A DNA stretch of 64,000 bases from Lama guanicoe (taxonomy: Eukaryota), in the NCBI GenBank assembly GCA_013239625.1, contig MU054049.1, forward strand, positions 1,377,015 to 1,441,014, read 5' to 3'. This document shows, piece by piece, positions 25,788 to 38,927 of this stretch (its first letter is position 1; each line of letters starts with the position of its first letter). The notes beneath the pieces were generated by a model. It had not been told where the DNA came from and searched no databases. It saw nothing but the letters and a program-made list of their open reading frames with translations. The translations under genes and the position numbers were made by a program.

Positions 25788-25825
25788 GGATCTCTCTCCC
25801 CCTTGATGATGGGGAAAGCATAACC

Positions 25826-25857
25826 TGCAATGCCAGCCTCCTACCAGCAGGGGGCAG
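25826..25857 (+). promoter_or_regulatory. Candidate CTCF site with upstream (ZF9-11) motif
   Basis: Core CCAGCAGGGGGCAG (25844-25857) fits CCASYAGRKGGCRS fully; TGCAATGCC at 25826-25834 lies at the usual spacing. Confidence 0.6.
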
Positions 25858-27819
25858 AGTGGAAGCCAGGCCGGTGTGCGCATGTCAGGATCCCCAGTAC
25901 CCAGAACCAGAGGCGCACAGGCACGTTGCGTGGGTGAGTGGTTGCCTCTGGAAACCCATTTTTGGCACTCTTTGGAGCTTTAAATTGGGAATGGGCATTT
26001 CTGGGCAGTGATGGAGTTTACATGCATTAGATCACCCCACAGAAAGAACCTGCTTTGGTCTCTAACAGATCTAAGGGCCATTTTCACCCAAGCGTGCAGC
26101 GGAGGAAAGAGGCCAGCACTGAGGACTGCCATCCCCACATCACTGAACCTGGGCCAGACTCCTTGCTCCCTGGGCCCTTCGTTTCCCCAGTTATAGGATG
26201 AGGCAGTGGGATGACCTTCCATGATATTATTCCATGACCCCTTTAAGGAATTTTTTGAATATAAAACAAACTCTCAATACTGAAGACATTTTAGGGGATA
26301 CTTTTTATTTTTTATGTCCTACATAATAACATCAACAAAGAATTCAGGGTAAGATTCTTAGAAAGTTAGCCCCCCAAACAGTAGAAATCAGTTTCTCGTT
26401 GTCTTTTTGGTAATACGGTAATAGAGTCTAGTCCACAAACCTGCCGGTACCTCACACACACACACAAATACACACATATTCGCATAGACTCGTACACATT
26501 TCCCATCATCACCACCAGCCCCATGTATATGGTAAGTGCATATGGAAGATGTTTAGGAAAGGGACCACCCAATGGAACTTCAAAAGGGAAAGACGCAACT
26601 TGGGTGTGAATTAGGAGGAAATGACACTGGGGAAATGGAGGCAAAAAGCTCTCCATTGGGACTTAAAATAGATGAAAGACTGGGCTATTTTCATCTTTCC
26701 GGGGCAGGAAGACCTGAAGGGGACTGTGCTGACTTTTTGCCCTGTAACGGTACTGCTCTCTGTTGCTTAAATGGGTGGCGTTGCCCAAGAGAAGCAGGGT
26801 CTACACCGGGGACCTCATTCTAGGACCAGAGATAAAACAAACCCAGTCTAAATTTCACTAGGTGCCAGCCTGGTATTAAGTATGCGACCAAGGATTGATT
26901 ATGCATTGTTTCCCTTAATCTATACAAAAACTGCCAGGTTGATATCATTATACCCACTTTATAGATAAAAACATTGAGGCAGAGGGTGGATTAATAACGT
27001 TCCCACGCCCACAGAGCTCGTCGTAAGAGGCCAAGCTGGACTCTGAAGCCAGATGCCAGCTCTTTTCTTGCGCAGCCCCCTTTCGTCTGGAAGGGTTGGG
27101 AGGGGTGTGGAGGGGTGGCCAGCATTCCTTAGAGGAGGTGGAACACATTCCCTGAGGTCACAGCTCTGCCTTGAAGTCTTGCTGTGGAGATTTCCTCTTC
27201 CTTCTGGGCTGACCGGGCATTTCGACAGCAATCTTTTTTTAAAATAGTTCCTGAAGGGTGGGGTCCGGAACTGGTGGTTTGATCTTGCTGCAAATTAAAG
27301 CTATGGTCAATGGCAGTCCCTTTGCCTGGAATCCACAGTTTTCCCTGATGCCCTGGGTGGTGACATCATTTGTATGTCTGACGTGCTGACGTATGCAATC
27401 CTTTGTTTAAAGAGTTCTTCCTCTTCAGAGTAATTCAGAATCCTGCACCCTAATTGGTGGAGCATTTTGTTTGTGGCGGGAGGGCTGTCTTTAGATGAGG
27501 GTGGTTTGTGTATTTATTGCCCAAACATACTCTAATTTGGGTGAAAGTCCTGTCTGTTCATTCTTCCTATTCCTGGCTCTTCACATCCCTTGCAGTGAAG
27601 TGAGAATCAAGGATAAGAAGCCTCAGCTCCCTCGCAGCTCCGGGCCCTGCCTTTACACACCCCGAGGCTCTCCAGGGAAGAGTCCTGGGGTCCCTGGATC
27701 CACAGTCTGGAACCCTGGGCTTAAGTTCCAGTTCTGCCCCCTCTTTCACTGGCTGATTTTGGACAAGTCGTTCTGTCCCTACTGTGCCTCTAGGACTTGG
27801 TTTCCCAGCTGTGAACAAG

Positions 27820-28005
27820 GTAATGTCTCAAAATGCTTGGTTAAGACCAGCAGGTATAGGAGAATCCCCTGGAGGGCTTGTCAAAACAGCCCTTTCTGGG
27901 TCCGGCCCCAGAGTGTCTGATTCAGTGGAGCCTGAGATTCTGCATTTCCTGACACGCTCCCAGAGGCTCACACTGCTGGTCCAGGGTCCCTGCTTAGGGA
28001 ACGTC
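27820..28005. mobile_element. MER5A-like hAT DNA transposon
   Basis: 'gaatcccctggagggcttgtcaaaac...ccccagagtgtctgattcagt...ttctgcatttcctgac...ctgctggtcc'. Confidence 0.75.
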
Positions 28006-28114
28006 TGGCTGATAGTGAAGGGGTGTGCGGTGAGAGCTGTGTTATCGTGATGCAGGGCAGGGGTCTACACCCAAGGGAAAATGCTCCCTTCACCACCACC
28101 TGGCACACTGCAGG

Positions 28115-28295
28115 GCGCTGTTTTTCCTGACTCCAAATAAAGATCATTTAGGGTGCTTGTTTCCAAACAGCACAGATTCTTTGGCCCCAGCCCAGACTTA
28201 TCAAATTAGATGTTCCAAGGGAGGGGCTTGGTAATTCATAATGGAACAAGCCTGCAGATCCGTCTTACCATCAAAGATGGTTGGGAAACACTGCA
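28115..28295. mobile_element. MER5B-like hAT DNA transposon
   Basis: 'gggtgcttgttt...cagattctttggccccagcccagactt...ttgggaaacactg'. Confidence 0.6.
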
Positions 28296-28984
28296 GCTTG
28301 ACCACTAGTTCCAGACTGCAGAAATGTTATGTGAAGGCAAGTGGCCCATGTCCCCTCCAAGTGGAGATGGGGATAGTAAGCCAAAGCTTCTAGGACACAA
28401 GGAAGACGTATCTCCCAGCCTAGTAATGAATACCCTGTAAGACCTGGGAGCCAGACTTTGGGGGTTTCTTATGGCATCAGGGTGAGTGACAAAGAAGACC
28501 TAAAGTGGACTTCTGTGTGGCCCTTATCATCAGCACCGGAGACATCTGCCCAAAGCAAGGCACTCATCCACTTCTACACAGGCAGCTACGTCCCATCTCT
28601 GTCCATAAAGGCTTCTGCACCAAGGAAGCAAAAGCACAACTTGACACAGTGGGATTTACACACATCAGATTTACATGGGAAGCTTCGTAACCATCCCCCA
28701 TGTGTGGCTGAGCATTGCCCCAGACCCATAAAAACAGAAGTATAAGGGGTGGTGTGCAGCATCGCGATGTTTAATGCTCCCTGGGTGATCGCGGTGCACA
28801 GCTGGCCCCGTGCTGAAGGGAGGAGGCAGGACAGCTGGCACACCTTCCCAGGGTCTCACCTTTGCAGCAGCATGCCCACCCAGAGACGTGGTTACAACCT
28901 CCTCCGCTGGTCCAGCGTGCAGGCGCTCATGGAAAATGAAAAATGAAGTCACATCGGATGCTTCTTCAAAAACTGATATTTTTT

Positions 28985-29815
28985 GAAAAGATGCTCATCA
29001 TTAATCATTAAGGAAATGGAAATCAAAACCACAAAGAGAGACCACCTCACACCCATTAGAATGGCTACTAGAAAAACAAAAACAAGAAAAGAAGAGAAAA
29101 GAAAAGAAAAAGTGTTGGTGAGGATGTGGGGCAATTGGAACCCAACAAGTGTTGGTGAGATGGTAAAATGGTACCGCCGCCATGGAAAACAGTATGACGG
29201 GTCCTCATAAAATTCAAAATGAAATTATAAGGTCCAGCAATTCCACTATCTGCACGTATATCCAAAAGAACTGAAAGCAAGATCTTGAACGGACATTTGG
29301 ACATTCATGTTCATAGCAGCACTATCCACAGTAGCCAAAAGGTGGGAGCAACCCAAGTGTCCACTGATGGATAGTGGATAAACAAGATACGCCATATACA
29401 TGCAACAGAATAATATTCAGCCTTACAAAGGGAGGAAATTCTGATACATGGTCCAACGTGAATGAACCTTGAGGACATGATACTAAGCAAAATAAACCAG
29501 TCAGTCACAAAAAGACAAATACTGAGTGATTCCACTCAGATGAGTTACCTGGAGTAGTCAACTTCATAGAGGCAGAAAATGAAATGGTGGTTGGCAGGGG
29601 CTGGAGAGAAGGGGACGGGAAGTTATTGTTGAATAAGTACAGAGTTTCAGTTTGGGATGATGGAAAAGTTTTGGAGACAGATAGCGGTGATAGTTGCACA
29701 ATAGCACGAATGTACTTAACGCCACAGAATTGTATGCTTAACAATCGCAAAGACCGGACATTTTATGTTGTATGTATTTCACCACAACTTTTAAAAATCA
29801 CAACATTAAGAAAAA
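28985..29815 (+). mobile_element. L1MA/MB ORF2 end and 3'UTR
   Basis: 'gatgctcatcattaatcattaaggaaatg', 'cacccattagaatggcta', 'acccaagtgtccactgatgga', 'gtacagagtttcagtttgggatga'. Confidence 0.9.
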
Positions 29816-32800
29816 ACCAAAACTGCCACTTTGTAGAAACAAGGAAGATCTCCTCCACGATAAAGTGGACGTTTTCCGAACCAAATGTAAGAGTCAGGGC
29901 TCCTGCTAAGGGGACCATGACGGGCACGTGTCAGTTTTCAAAACATCTCCTATCAGAGGCACCGGAGAACCCAAGGGACACTCCACTCTCTTTCCAAGCA
30001 CAGAAATAATCTGCTGGGGAAAAACTGCAAATGAAGAATGTCAGTCACAGAAGTTCACATATCATTGCCAGGCACACGTGCACGATGGCGTTGCGTTCAT
30101 TGACCCCTTGTCACTTTCGTTCATTCATTTCCTCTTTCCCTCTCAAACGGTGGCCAGGCACCGGGGCTGGGAGAGGCCTGGGAACCAAGAGCTCTTCACC
30201 CAGCGGGTCCTTTCCTGGGGAAAGACGGGAAGGGAGAGCCTGACTTTTCAAAGGCTGTTTTGGAGCAGTGGGTTGGGGTGGTGGGGTAGGATGCAGATGG
30301 AGGATGCTCCGGGCAGGACCTTATCTGGGGACTGGCTTCCAGGGAGGCTGTGTGTCCTTCGCTCTGCAGCCCCCGCCCCAGCAACACAATCTGAGCCTGA
30401 GGGGTGAGTTAAAAACGCAGATGATGCTGCCCACGCCTGTGGGCCCCAGGGCAGAGGGGGCAGGGGAGACCACTGCCCAGCCTACCGCTGGGTTTGAGAA
30501 GCCTCATTCCCAGGAAGAGGCGTTTGGGGGGTTCAGCCCCTCTGCCCACCCGTCTCTTTTCTGAGCCAGCGATGGATCGTTTTCATTTCACTCCGATTGA
30601 ACAGCGAGACTAAACGGGGTCCAATTTCTGATCAGCGTCATTTCTCTCAGACTTGCTCAGGGAAGACAAAATCCATTAAACTCCCCACCGCTTCCCTCTG
30701 AGAGGTGCTGAGCGCCCTGTGGCAGCAAGATGGCAGCTCTGGGGAGGGGGCAGAGGCTCATTTTCCGTGGCTCAGTGACTGGCTTATTGTAGGTTCTTAA
30801 TAAATATTCAATCATAACAATCTTAATTACTGGATTACATCATGTCTGTCTTAGGGTAGGAGATAAATAAATAATGCCATAATAATCACGAGCCTCTAAG
30901 GGAGGCCTGCTCGCTTTGAGCTCCCACCTCTACGCAGGCGGTTTTAATAAATTTGGGTGGATTTCATATTTCACGAAGATGTATCTGCTCACAGCAGGTA
31001 AATGTTTCTGGAGATAAGCCTTATTTAGTATTCATTCATGCCGGCAGAACACTTCCTGGTTTCTTGGTTTATGTGTTCTTCAAGATTTAGTTCAGCTCAA
31101 CACGGCTTCTAGTTCTCTGAGTGCTCAGGGGTGTCCGGCGGCGAGGAAGGTGGCAGGGCAGGTGTGGCCCCACCCACTGGCTTTAGGGGACACACTGGTT
31201 TGGGTTAGCTATCTGGGGACCAGCTATTTTTCTCCGACACAGCCTGAGCCGTCCCCTGCTCCGAATGAAGTTGCAAATAGTCCTGGCAGGTGATGTAAAC
31301 GATAAAGTTAGCCAGTTGCCAGCAGGAGGGCACATGCCCTGTCTGAAGGGGCAGCCCCGCTCAGCCCCAGCTCCTGCCCCCGAGCAGGAATGCCACATGA
31401 GGGTGTTTGATCTTCCATTAAAAAGAGTCAGAAATGCCACTGTCACTCCCAAATCTCCCAGTTTTTAAAGGCTGCTAACCAATCCAAATTATTTTAGAAC
31501 AAAACCCTCTTTCAGACTTTTGGATCCCATCTGGCCATGGGCCACACTAGACGAATCTGGAGTCTAAGGCTGAGAGCGAGGGCTATGAAAGGAAAGGGGT
31601 GTGCTGGTTCCCCCAGGAAGGCTAAGGAAGAGCCAGAAAGCCCGCGGCCAAATTGTGGGGTGCCCGGGGTCTGCCACCAGCTCTGTTATCTCCTAGACTT
31701 GTCATGTGACTTCCAGAAGTCCCTAAGACTCTGCTCCCTCTGCAGGGAAGTGGAGGGTGGCAAGGCTGCTGTGCCCCCCTCTGAGGGCTGCAAGAGAGCC
31801 AGCTCCCTCTAAAGGGATGGGGAGCCCTCTGCCCGCCAGACGGCACCGTTCATGCCAACAGAAGAGAGACTAGTGGATGCCTAGGAAGTCGTGTAGAAGC
31901 CTCACATCTCTCTGAATCTGGGCCTCTGGAAGCCTCTGGAAGCTTCTGCAGGCAGGGGTGGGGAGTTGGGACCCGAACCTCAGAGCGCAAACCTGGAGGA
32001 GAGATGGTTCTCAGAGCTGCTCATCAGAGAGTGTACAGTCTGGCTCTGTCCCAGCCTCGCAAGACACCTGTGCCAGTCCCAGTCCCGTCGTGGGTGTCTG
32101 CTTCCTGCTCTGTGTACTTTAGAGGACAGGACAGGACAATGCAAAAGAGCCTCCTTTGGTGGAGCCGAGGGGCGGGGAGAGGTCTTGACACCCTCATTCC
32201 TCCAAGAAGTCAGAGCTCTGATGAGATTGATGGCTAGTGAGCCCGGCATCTCTTCTGTGGTTGTGAGCATCCCTGCCTCCCTCCTGGGGCCCAAGGTGAC
32301 CCTCTGTGGCAAAGGCAATGCCTCTAAAGGACCTTTGCAAGTGCAAGGATTCAAGTAGCAGCTTTTGCCCGAGCCATGGTCACCACATCATAGCACTGGC
32401 CACTGGAGAGTGACTTTCCCGGCCCTTGGGAGAAAGTAGACAGCTCTGGACTTTCTAGAGAAACTCCCCCTGCACTGGGGTATTTTTAGCTCCACCACCC
32501 CATCCATCCATTCCAGGGCTGTTCACGTCACGGGTGAAATTAGCCACCCACCTTGGCCAGGCGAAGGTGGCTCCTGCAGGGCGTGCAGGGCGGGGTGACG
32601 GAAATTGTCTCAGTGGACTCAGATTTCCCTGCGAGTTGGTCCAACTATAATCTCTTGTCAAAAGTAGAAACAGGTTTTCTTCACCCTGCTGCAAATCATC
32701 TCAATGAAAGATGCATTATCACTAAAAAATAAATGAATAAATAAAAGGAAAAAATCAACGTATGCACACATTCTGCTTACAAAACAACATTCGTTGGCTT

Positions 32801-33324
32801 TCGGTGTCTTTTTACCTAATGCTTGGTGATATGTGATTTGAGAACATTCTTCCCGTGACTACATTTTTACAGTTTAAAAAAATTTACGTGGGTACATAGA
32901 CTCCATTTGTTTAACTCAGCTACTTAACAAGCTTCCATAAATATTTTCTTCTATTTTAGTGTCTCAATTTTTAAGTACAGATTTAATCAACCAAACTCTA
33001 AAATTGAACGTTGAATTGTTTCTGGTGTTTTGTGTCCCTGCCAATATTTGTAGAGATGTTGGCCTCCCTGAAGCCACTTTATATCAAATAACCCTAAGTG
33101 AGGTTACCAGACAGACTGGAGTCTAAGGGACGGGCCAGGCGGGCCCAGGTGCCACATCCTCTGCCATGTGGCCCTGGGGACAGTCTCAGATCTCGCCCTG
33201 GCTCCCAGCGAGCCTGCCAGTGTCCTCTGACTCCCTGCTGAGTCTCTCTCCTTCCCCAGGATCTCCGACCTCCCCCACAACTCCCTCTGACCCTTTCCTT
33301 CCTGCCGCAGGGAAGTTTCTACTT

Positions 33325-35330
33325 TTTTTTTTTAAATTATGAAACATTTCAAATGTACACAAAAATTCAGAAGATGGTATAACAAAGGCCCAATTTCAAA
33401 AATCTTGTTTCATATACTCCTACCCATTTCCCATACATGGAATTACTCCGAAGTAAGTCCCAGATTTCAATCATTTCATTCATAAATGTTAGTGTGGGTC
33501 TTGCTAAACAATAAAGCTTCTTTTTGCAACATACTATTATCACAGCTAAAATGTTAGCAATAGTTCCTGAATATCATCAAGTATTCAGGCAGCCTGCAGA
33601 CCTCCAAGTGGTCTTATAAATGTTTGCTGTGGATGGTTTGTTGGAATGAGGATCCAAAGAGGGTCTATCTATGGCATTTAAACACTGTGTCTCTTTAGTG
33701 TCTTTTAATCAATAGGTCCCACCTGCTTTGATTTCAAAGGCTTATTTGTTAAAGAAATTGGTCATTTGTCCCATAAAGTTGTCCACGCCCCAGGTTTTAC
33801 TAATTGCTTCCTCATGGTGTCATGTAACAGTTTCTTCTGTTATAGGAACAGTCATCGCTATAATCTATTAGTTAAATTCAAGTTACAGGCTTGTTCTGAG
33901 TTAGGGTGTTTTTGTTTTTGTTTTGTTATTTTTGGCTTCCTGGGTGATGTGTGTTTTTAAAAGGAGACCTCTTGAGGTCATTTTTTTGGTCAGGGGTTTG
34001 AAAAATGATATTATTCTAGTTTTACTCTTCCTTCTTTATTAGAGAAACTCTCCTTCATCCATCTTCACTTTGGACTATTTGGATAGTTCATACAGCAAAG
34101 TCAGGTGAGGTACTTGACCCTGCTCAGCTTTTCAGGGGAATAAAGCTGCTCCCTGGACCCTCCAAGGGGACCACGGAAGGTTGTCTGAGTTGATGTCTTT
34201 TCAGTATCATTGTGAACTCATACGTTTAGACATATTCAGGGTGTTTCAATCCACCAAAGCTGTTACTTGTACTGATGTACAAAGTGGTCCATCGGTAGCG
34301 GATGAGAATATCTTCCACGTCGGCTCCTTACTTGTTCTGATGTCATCCCGACAATCTTTCTCAGGCTCCCTGCCTTCCATGCGACAAGGGGTTCCAGACT
34401 CCTCTTACACATTTTCAGCTCCAGATCAGGGAATGTTTGTTCTTTTTAACAAGAAATCTTATTCAGAGACAAAAATCTTGGTGCAAAAGAGAGTCATTGT
34501 TATTACACTGGTTACTGTCTCTAGGCCTGTTCAGTAGGAAATGCTTTTTTTTTTAAGAGAAAGTGTTTCTTGATATTACATTTTCGTGTATTTGATTTTA
34601 TATAATCTCTTTATATTGATATCAAATATATAGGTGCTGAGGTTTACTTACCATTTGATTTTATATTTTCATCCTTTTTCTCTAACACTAAAAAAAACTT
34701 GCTTTCTAATGATATTGACACACTTCCTATTTCATTTTATTTGTATCTATCTATGTTTCTGAAAACAGTTTAGGGTTTTACTTTACAGTTCATTTTATTT
34801 TACGACGTATCTTCCTTATGGATATGAAGACAAAATAATGTATTTTAAAATCATTTGAAATAATTCCCCTTTATGAAATTATGCCACCTACATATTAAGG
34901 TCATTTGTTTCATTTTGCTGTCAATTCTTAGAGGCCACCTCTTTTGTTAAGCTTTGATTTGATTTAGTTGGATAATTCTCTAAGGGACTTACATGGCTCC
35001 ACATCAAACCTAACAAACAAGGCAGACTTGGAGAAGTCTAGCTCCTACTCCCATTCTTACACCTGTGCGCTCCTGCCCCCAGAGGTAACCATTTCAGTTT
35101 GTGGCTTATTCTTTTATTGTTTTCCTTTAATATAAGCAAATATATATAAATGCCCATGCATCTGTGTCCTCTCCTCCATAAGTAAATGATAACATCATAT
35201 GAGACACCCCTGCTTCTCCCCATTGCCCTGGGAATTGCTCCCTGTAAGGTTGGAGAGAGGCCCCTTGTCCCTTTCTATAGCTGCATAGTAGTCCACCATG
35301 AAGTGGATCCCAGATTCTTGTCCTCTTCTC
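33325..35330 (-). mobile_element. Old L1MC/ME 3' region, fragmented
   Basis: Poly-T then 'attatgaaacatttcaaatgtacacaaaa'; AT-rich degenerate L1 3'UTR through 'ccccagaggtaacc'. Confidence 0.6.
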
Positions 35331-36094
35331 ACCACCTCCTCAGCCCCAAGCTCCCAGGTTTTTCAATCCCTGCAGATCGGCTCTTGCCCTCCTACCCTGA
35401 TACAGCCAAGGCGATCAGAATTACAACAGAACAGCTTCATCAGCCTATGGTACCCATCCGTGTGTAGCTACCTGTGCTAAGCATTTGCATTATCTCATTT
35501 AAAGTAAGTAGCAAATAAAAGTTTGACGAAATCAAATAGTATGCCCAAGGTCACACAGCTGGTATGTGGTAGATCTGGGAAGAGAACCTTTATATCTCTG
35601 AGGCCAAACCCTTTCATCTTGGCTGCTTCACTAATCAGACTCTCCTGGCTGTGCCTCCAGAAGTTCTGTGTGGCCCTGCCAAGCATCAACAGAGAAGGAG
35701 TGGAAAGGGGACAGCTGGATCTACCTGACACCTGTGACCCACACCAAAGGCTACTGGGAGGCAAGATCTCAGAGAGACAGCAGGACAGGATGGGAACTCA
35801 CTTGGGCTGAACGAATCCCTGAATTCAAGCCCCAGCCTCACCTTCTCCTGGTTCTGTGACTTTGGGCCATTTGCTTGGCTTCTTATGCCTCTGCTCTCTC
35901 ACCTGTGAATGTATCTCCAAGACGCAGTAAGGACAAGGGCGGTAACAAAGGTGAAGGCCCTCAGTAGTGCCTGGGACACATTGAGTGCTCACTAAATATT
36001 TGTTGAACTGACAAGAGCAGCAGCTCGCAGTAAATCATATGAAGCAACAGTGGAAGAGCGGAGCCAGCCCAGCTCAGCCAGCAGCACGTGTGCT

Positions 36095-36905
36095 TCCTGC
36101 TCCAAGTGTGGTTCTTGGACCAGCAGTGTCAGCATCACCCTGAAATTAGTTAGAAATGCACATTCTATTTTATATATAGTAGTTAGTATCTGCAAATCCC
36201 AAACTCCTAGTTTATCCCTCCAAGCCCCCTCCCCCTGGGAACCATACATTTGTTTTCTGTATCTGTGGGTCTGTTTCTGTTTTGTAAATAAGTTCATTTG
36301 TGTTTTTTTTTTTTTTTAGATTCCACATGTAAGTGATAGCATATGGTATTTTTCCCTTCCTCTTTCTGGCTTACTTCACTTAGTATGATGATCTCCAAGT
36401 TCATGCACCTTGCTGCAAATGGCATTATTTTATTCTTTTTATGGCTGAGTAGTATTCCATCATCCATCAATTGAAATTTAGGTTGCTTCCAAGCTCTGGC
36501 TATTGTAAATAGTGCTGCTGTGAATATTGGCATGCATGTATCTTTTCAAATTAGAGTTTTCTCCTGATATATGTCTAGGAGTGGGAATTGCTAGATCATA
36601 TGGTAAGGCTATAATATAAACTAGATAAACAACAAAGTCCTACTGTATAGTACAGAGACCAATATTTAATAACTTGTAATAGCCTATAATAAAAAAGAAT
36701 ATGAAAAGGAATATATATTTATGTATAAGTGAATCCCTTTTCTGTACACCAGAAATTAACACAACATTGTAGACTGATTACACCCCAATAAAAAAATTAA
36801 ATGAAATAAAATAAAATCACATCCCTGCTCTCAAAAAAATGCACATTCTGAGGGAGGGCCCCAGCAATCTGTTTTCACCAGCCCTCCAGGTGATTCGGGA
36901 ACCAC
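36095..36905. mobile_element. MER5A-like element split by an L1 insertion
   Basis: 'ccagcagtgtcagcatcacc...gttagaaatgcacattct' resumes after the L1 as '...ccccagcaatctgttttcaccagccctccaggtgattc'. Confidence 0.75.
36167..36836 (+). mobile_element. 5'-inverted (twin-primed) L1 with perfect 13-bp TSD
   Basis: TSD aaatgcacattct at 36154-36166 and 36837-36849; 36167-~36608 antisense, ~36609-36816 sense plus tail. Confidence 0.9.
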
Positions 36906-38120
36906 CGCTCGAAGGAAAGTCCAGCACCCTGAGTCCATAATGGCAGGGAGAGGCATGAGGCAGTCCTGAGCCCCCCTCCCTCACCTCCAGAGCTCCCCCT
37001 GTATTCACTAGCACATCAGGTGCAGGGGAGAACAAAGCAGAAAAAGTGAAAGTGTCCTTGGAGCTTGCATTCGTGGAAGGATGTAGACAGGGCACAACCC
37101 CAGGACCAAAGAAGGGAGAGGTTCCCTAAACAGCATGGAATGATGGAGGCCGAGGGTCTTTAGATGGGATGGTCAGAAAAAAGCTCTCTGAGCAAGTGAC
37201 CTCTGAGTTGATGTTTGAATGGGGAGAAGGAAGCAGCTGTGTAAACATAGGGGCAGAGTGCTCCCAGCAGAGGGTCAGCAGCTGCAAAGGTCCTGGGGCT
37301 GGATAGAGGCAGGTGGCTGGAGCCAGTGTAAGAAGTGATTCTTACCTTGCTCCTTCTCTGAGGTCAAAACGATCATGCTAACCCTGTGCCAGAAATGGAT
37401 GTAAGACAAACAAAAGCCTTCTTCCCCAGGTGCTGCTGGGGGAAGACAGCAGGCAATGCCTGGGGGTGCAGGACCCCAAGAGAGCTCACTTGGGCTGTGT
37501 ACTCCAGCCCTGCCTCAGGACCCTCTCCCCCCACAGTCAGGCTGCTCTGTGTGATCCTCTCACCACATCGCTGCAATTCTTCCAGGAAGACCCTGCTCCC
37601 AAGGTATTTTAACGATTATGGCACCAGGGGGGAAAAAACGCAGTCCAAGGAGACAGGAACACCTGAATTTGAGACCAGCTCTGTGGCCAATTATATAATT
37701 TGGGGCAAGGGATTTCATCTCTTTGACCTTGTTCGGCATCTGGAAATAGAGATAGGCATGGCTTCCTCCCAGGCTGGTTGCGAGGATCAAAATACACACA
37801 GTGTACAAGACAACTAACCCGGCGTCCAGTAGGTGTTTGAAAAACGGTAGGTGGCTAACAGCACTTTTTCTTCCTTAGCAGAAAGTTTAATTTCTTAAGT
37901 GCCAGCATTTTACAGATAATGATAGAAGCCAGTAGGAACAGCAATATTAGTGATCTAGGAATAACAAGTTCCCATCTGAACTCTGAGCAGTTAATGACAA
38001 AGAAGCTGAGACGTGTCCACCATGAGCACATCAGCCCTGCTCCCAGGAACAGACTGGCCTCATGGACGTGGAGGTCTCATAGCAGTGAGGGAGAGGGTCC
38101 ACGACCAGGAGAAGAGCTAG

Positions 38121-38925
38121 CCCAGCGCTGTCCATGAGAAATACGCGTGTCATTTTACATTTGCCTGTAACCACATGAAAAAAGCAACAAGAAACGTGAA
38201 AACAATCTTTCTTTTTTTATTGAAGTATAGTTGATCTACACTGTTGTGTTAGTTTCTGGTATACAGCAAAGTGATTCAGTTATACAGATACGTATATATT
38301 CTTTTTCATATTCTTTCCATTATGGTTTGTTACAGGATATTGACTATAGTTTCCTGTGCTATACAGTAGGACCTTGTTGTTTATTCTATACGTAGTAGTT
38401 TGTATCTGCTAATCCCAAACTCCTAATTTATTCCCCCCACCAACCTTTCCCCTCTGGTAACTGGGGAAGTCTGTTTCTGTTCTATAAATAAGTTCATTTA
38501 TATCGTATTTTAGAGTCCACATATAAGTGGTATCATATATTTGTCTTTCCCTGTCTGATTTACTTCACTTAGTATGATCATCTCTAGGTCCATCCGTGTT
38601 GCTGCAGATGGCATTATTTCATTCTTTTTTATGGCTGAGTAGTATTCCATTGTGTATACATACCATATCCTCTTTATCCAGTCATCTGTCAATGAAAATT
38701 TGGGTTGCTTCCATGTCTTGGCTATTGTAGTATATTTTATTAGAGCCAAAATAGTTTAAGTATTACCATTTCAACTTGGATTCAACACAATATTCAATAC
38801 AGAATATTACTAAGAAGTTACTTTATGGTTTTGTTTTGTTTTTTTGGTACCAAGTCTTTGAAACCTAGGTTTGGAGTGTCCATTAGCCACATGTTGTTTA
38901 TTGGGACTGAAGTGGATGGAGTGGC
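38121..38925. mobile_element. MER3-like hAT element split by an L1
   Basis: 'cagcgctgtcca...gtaaccacatgaaaaaag' on the left; 'tattaccatttcaac...cattagccacatg' on the right. Confidence 0.6.
38208..38730 (-). mobile_element. L1 3' end
   Basis: 'tttattgaagtatagttgat'; minus-strand ORF 38510-38749 gives the L1 ORF2 C-terminal peptide IAKTWKQPK...WYVYTMEYYSAIKKNE. Confidence 0.92.
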
Positions 38926-38927
38926 TT

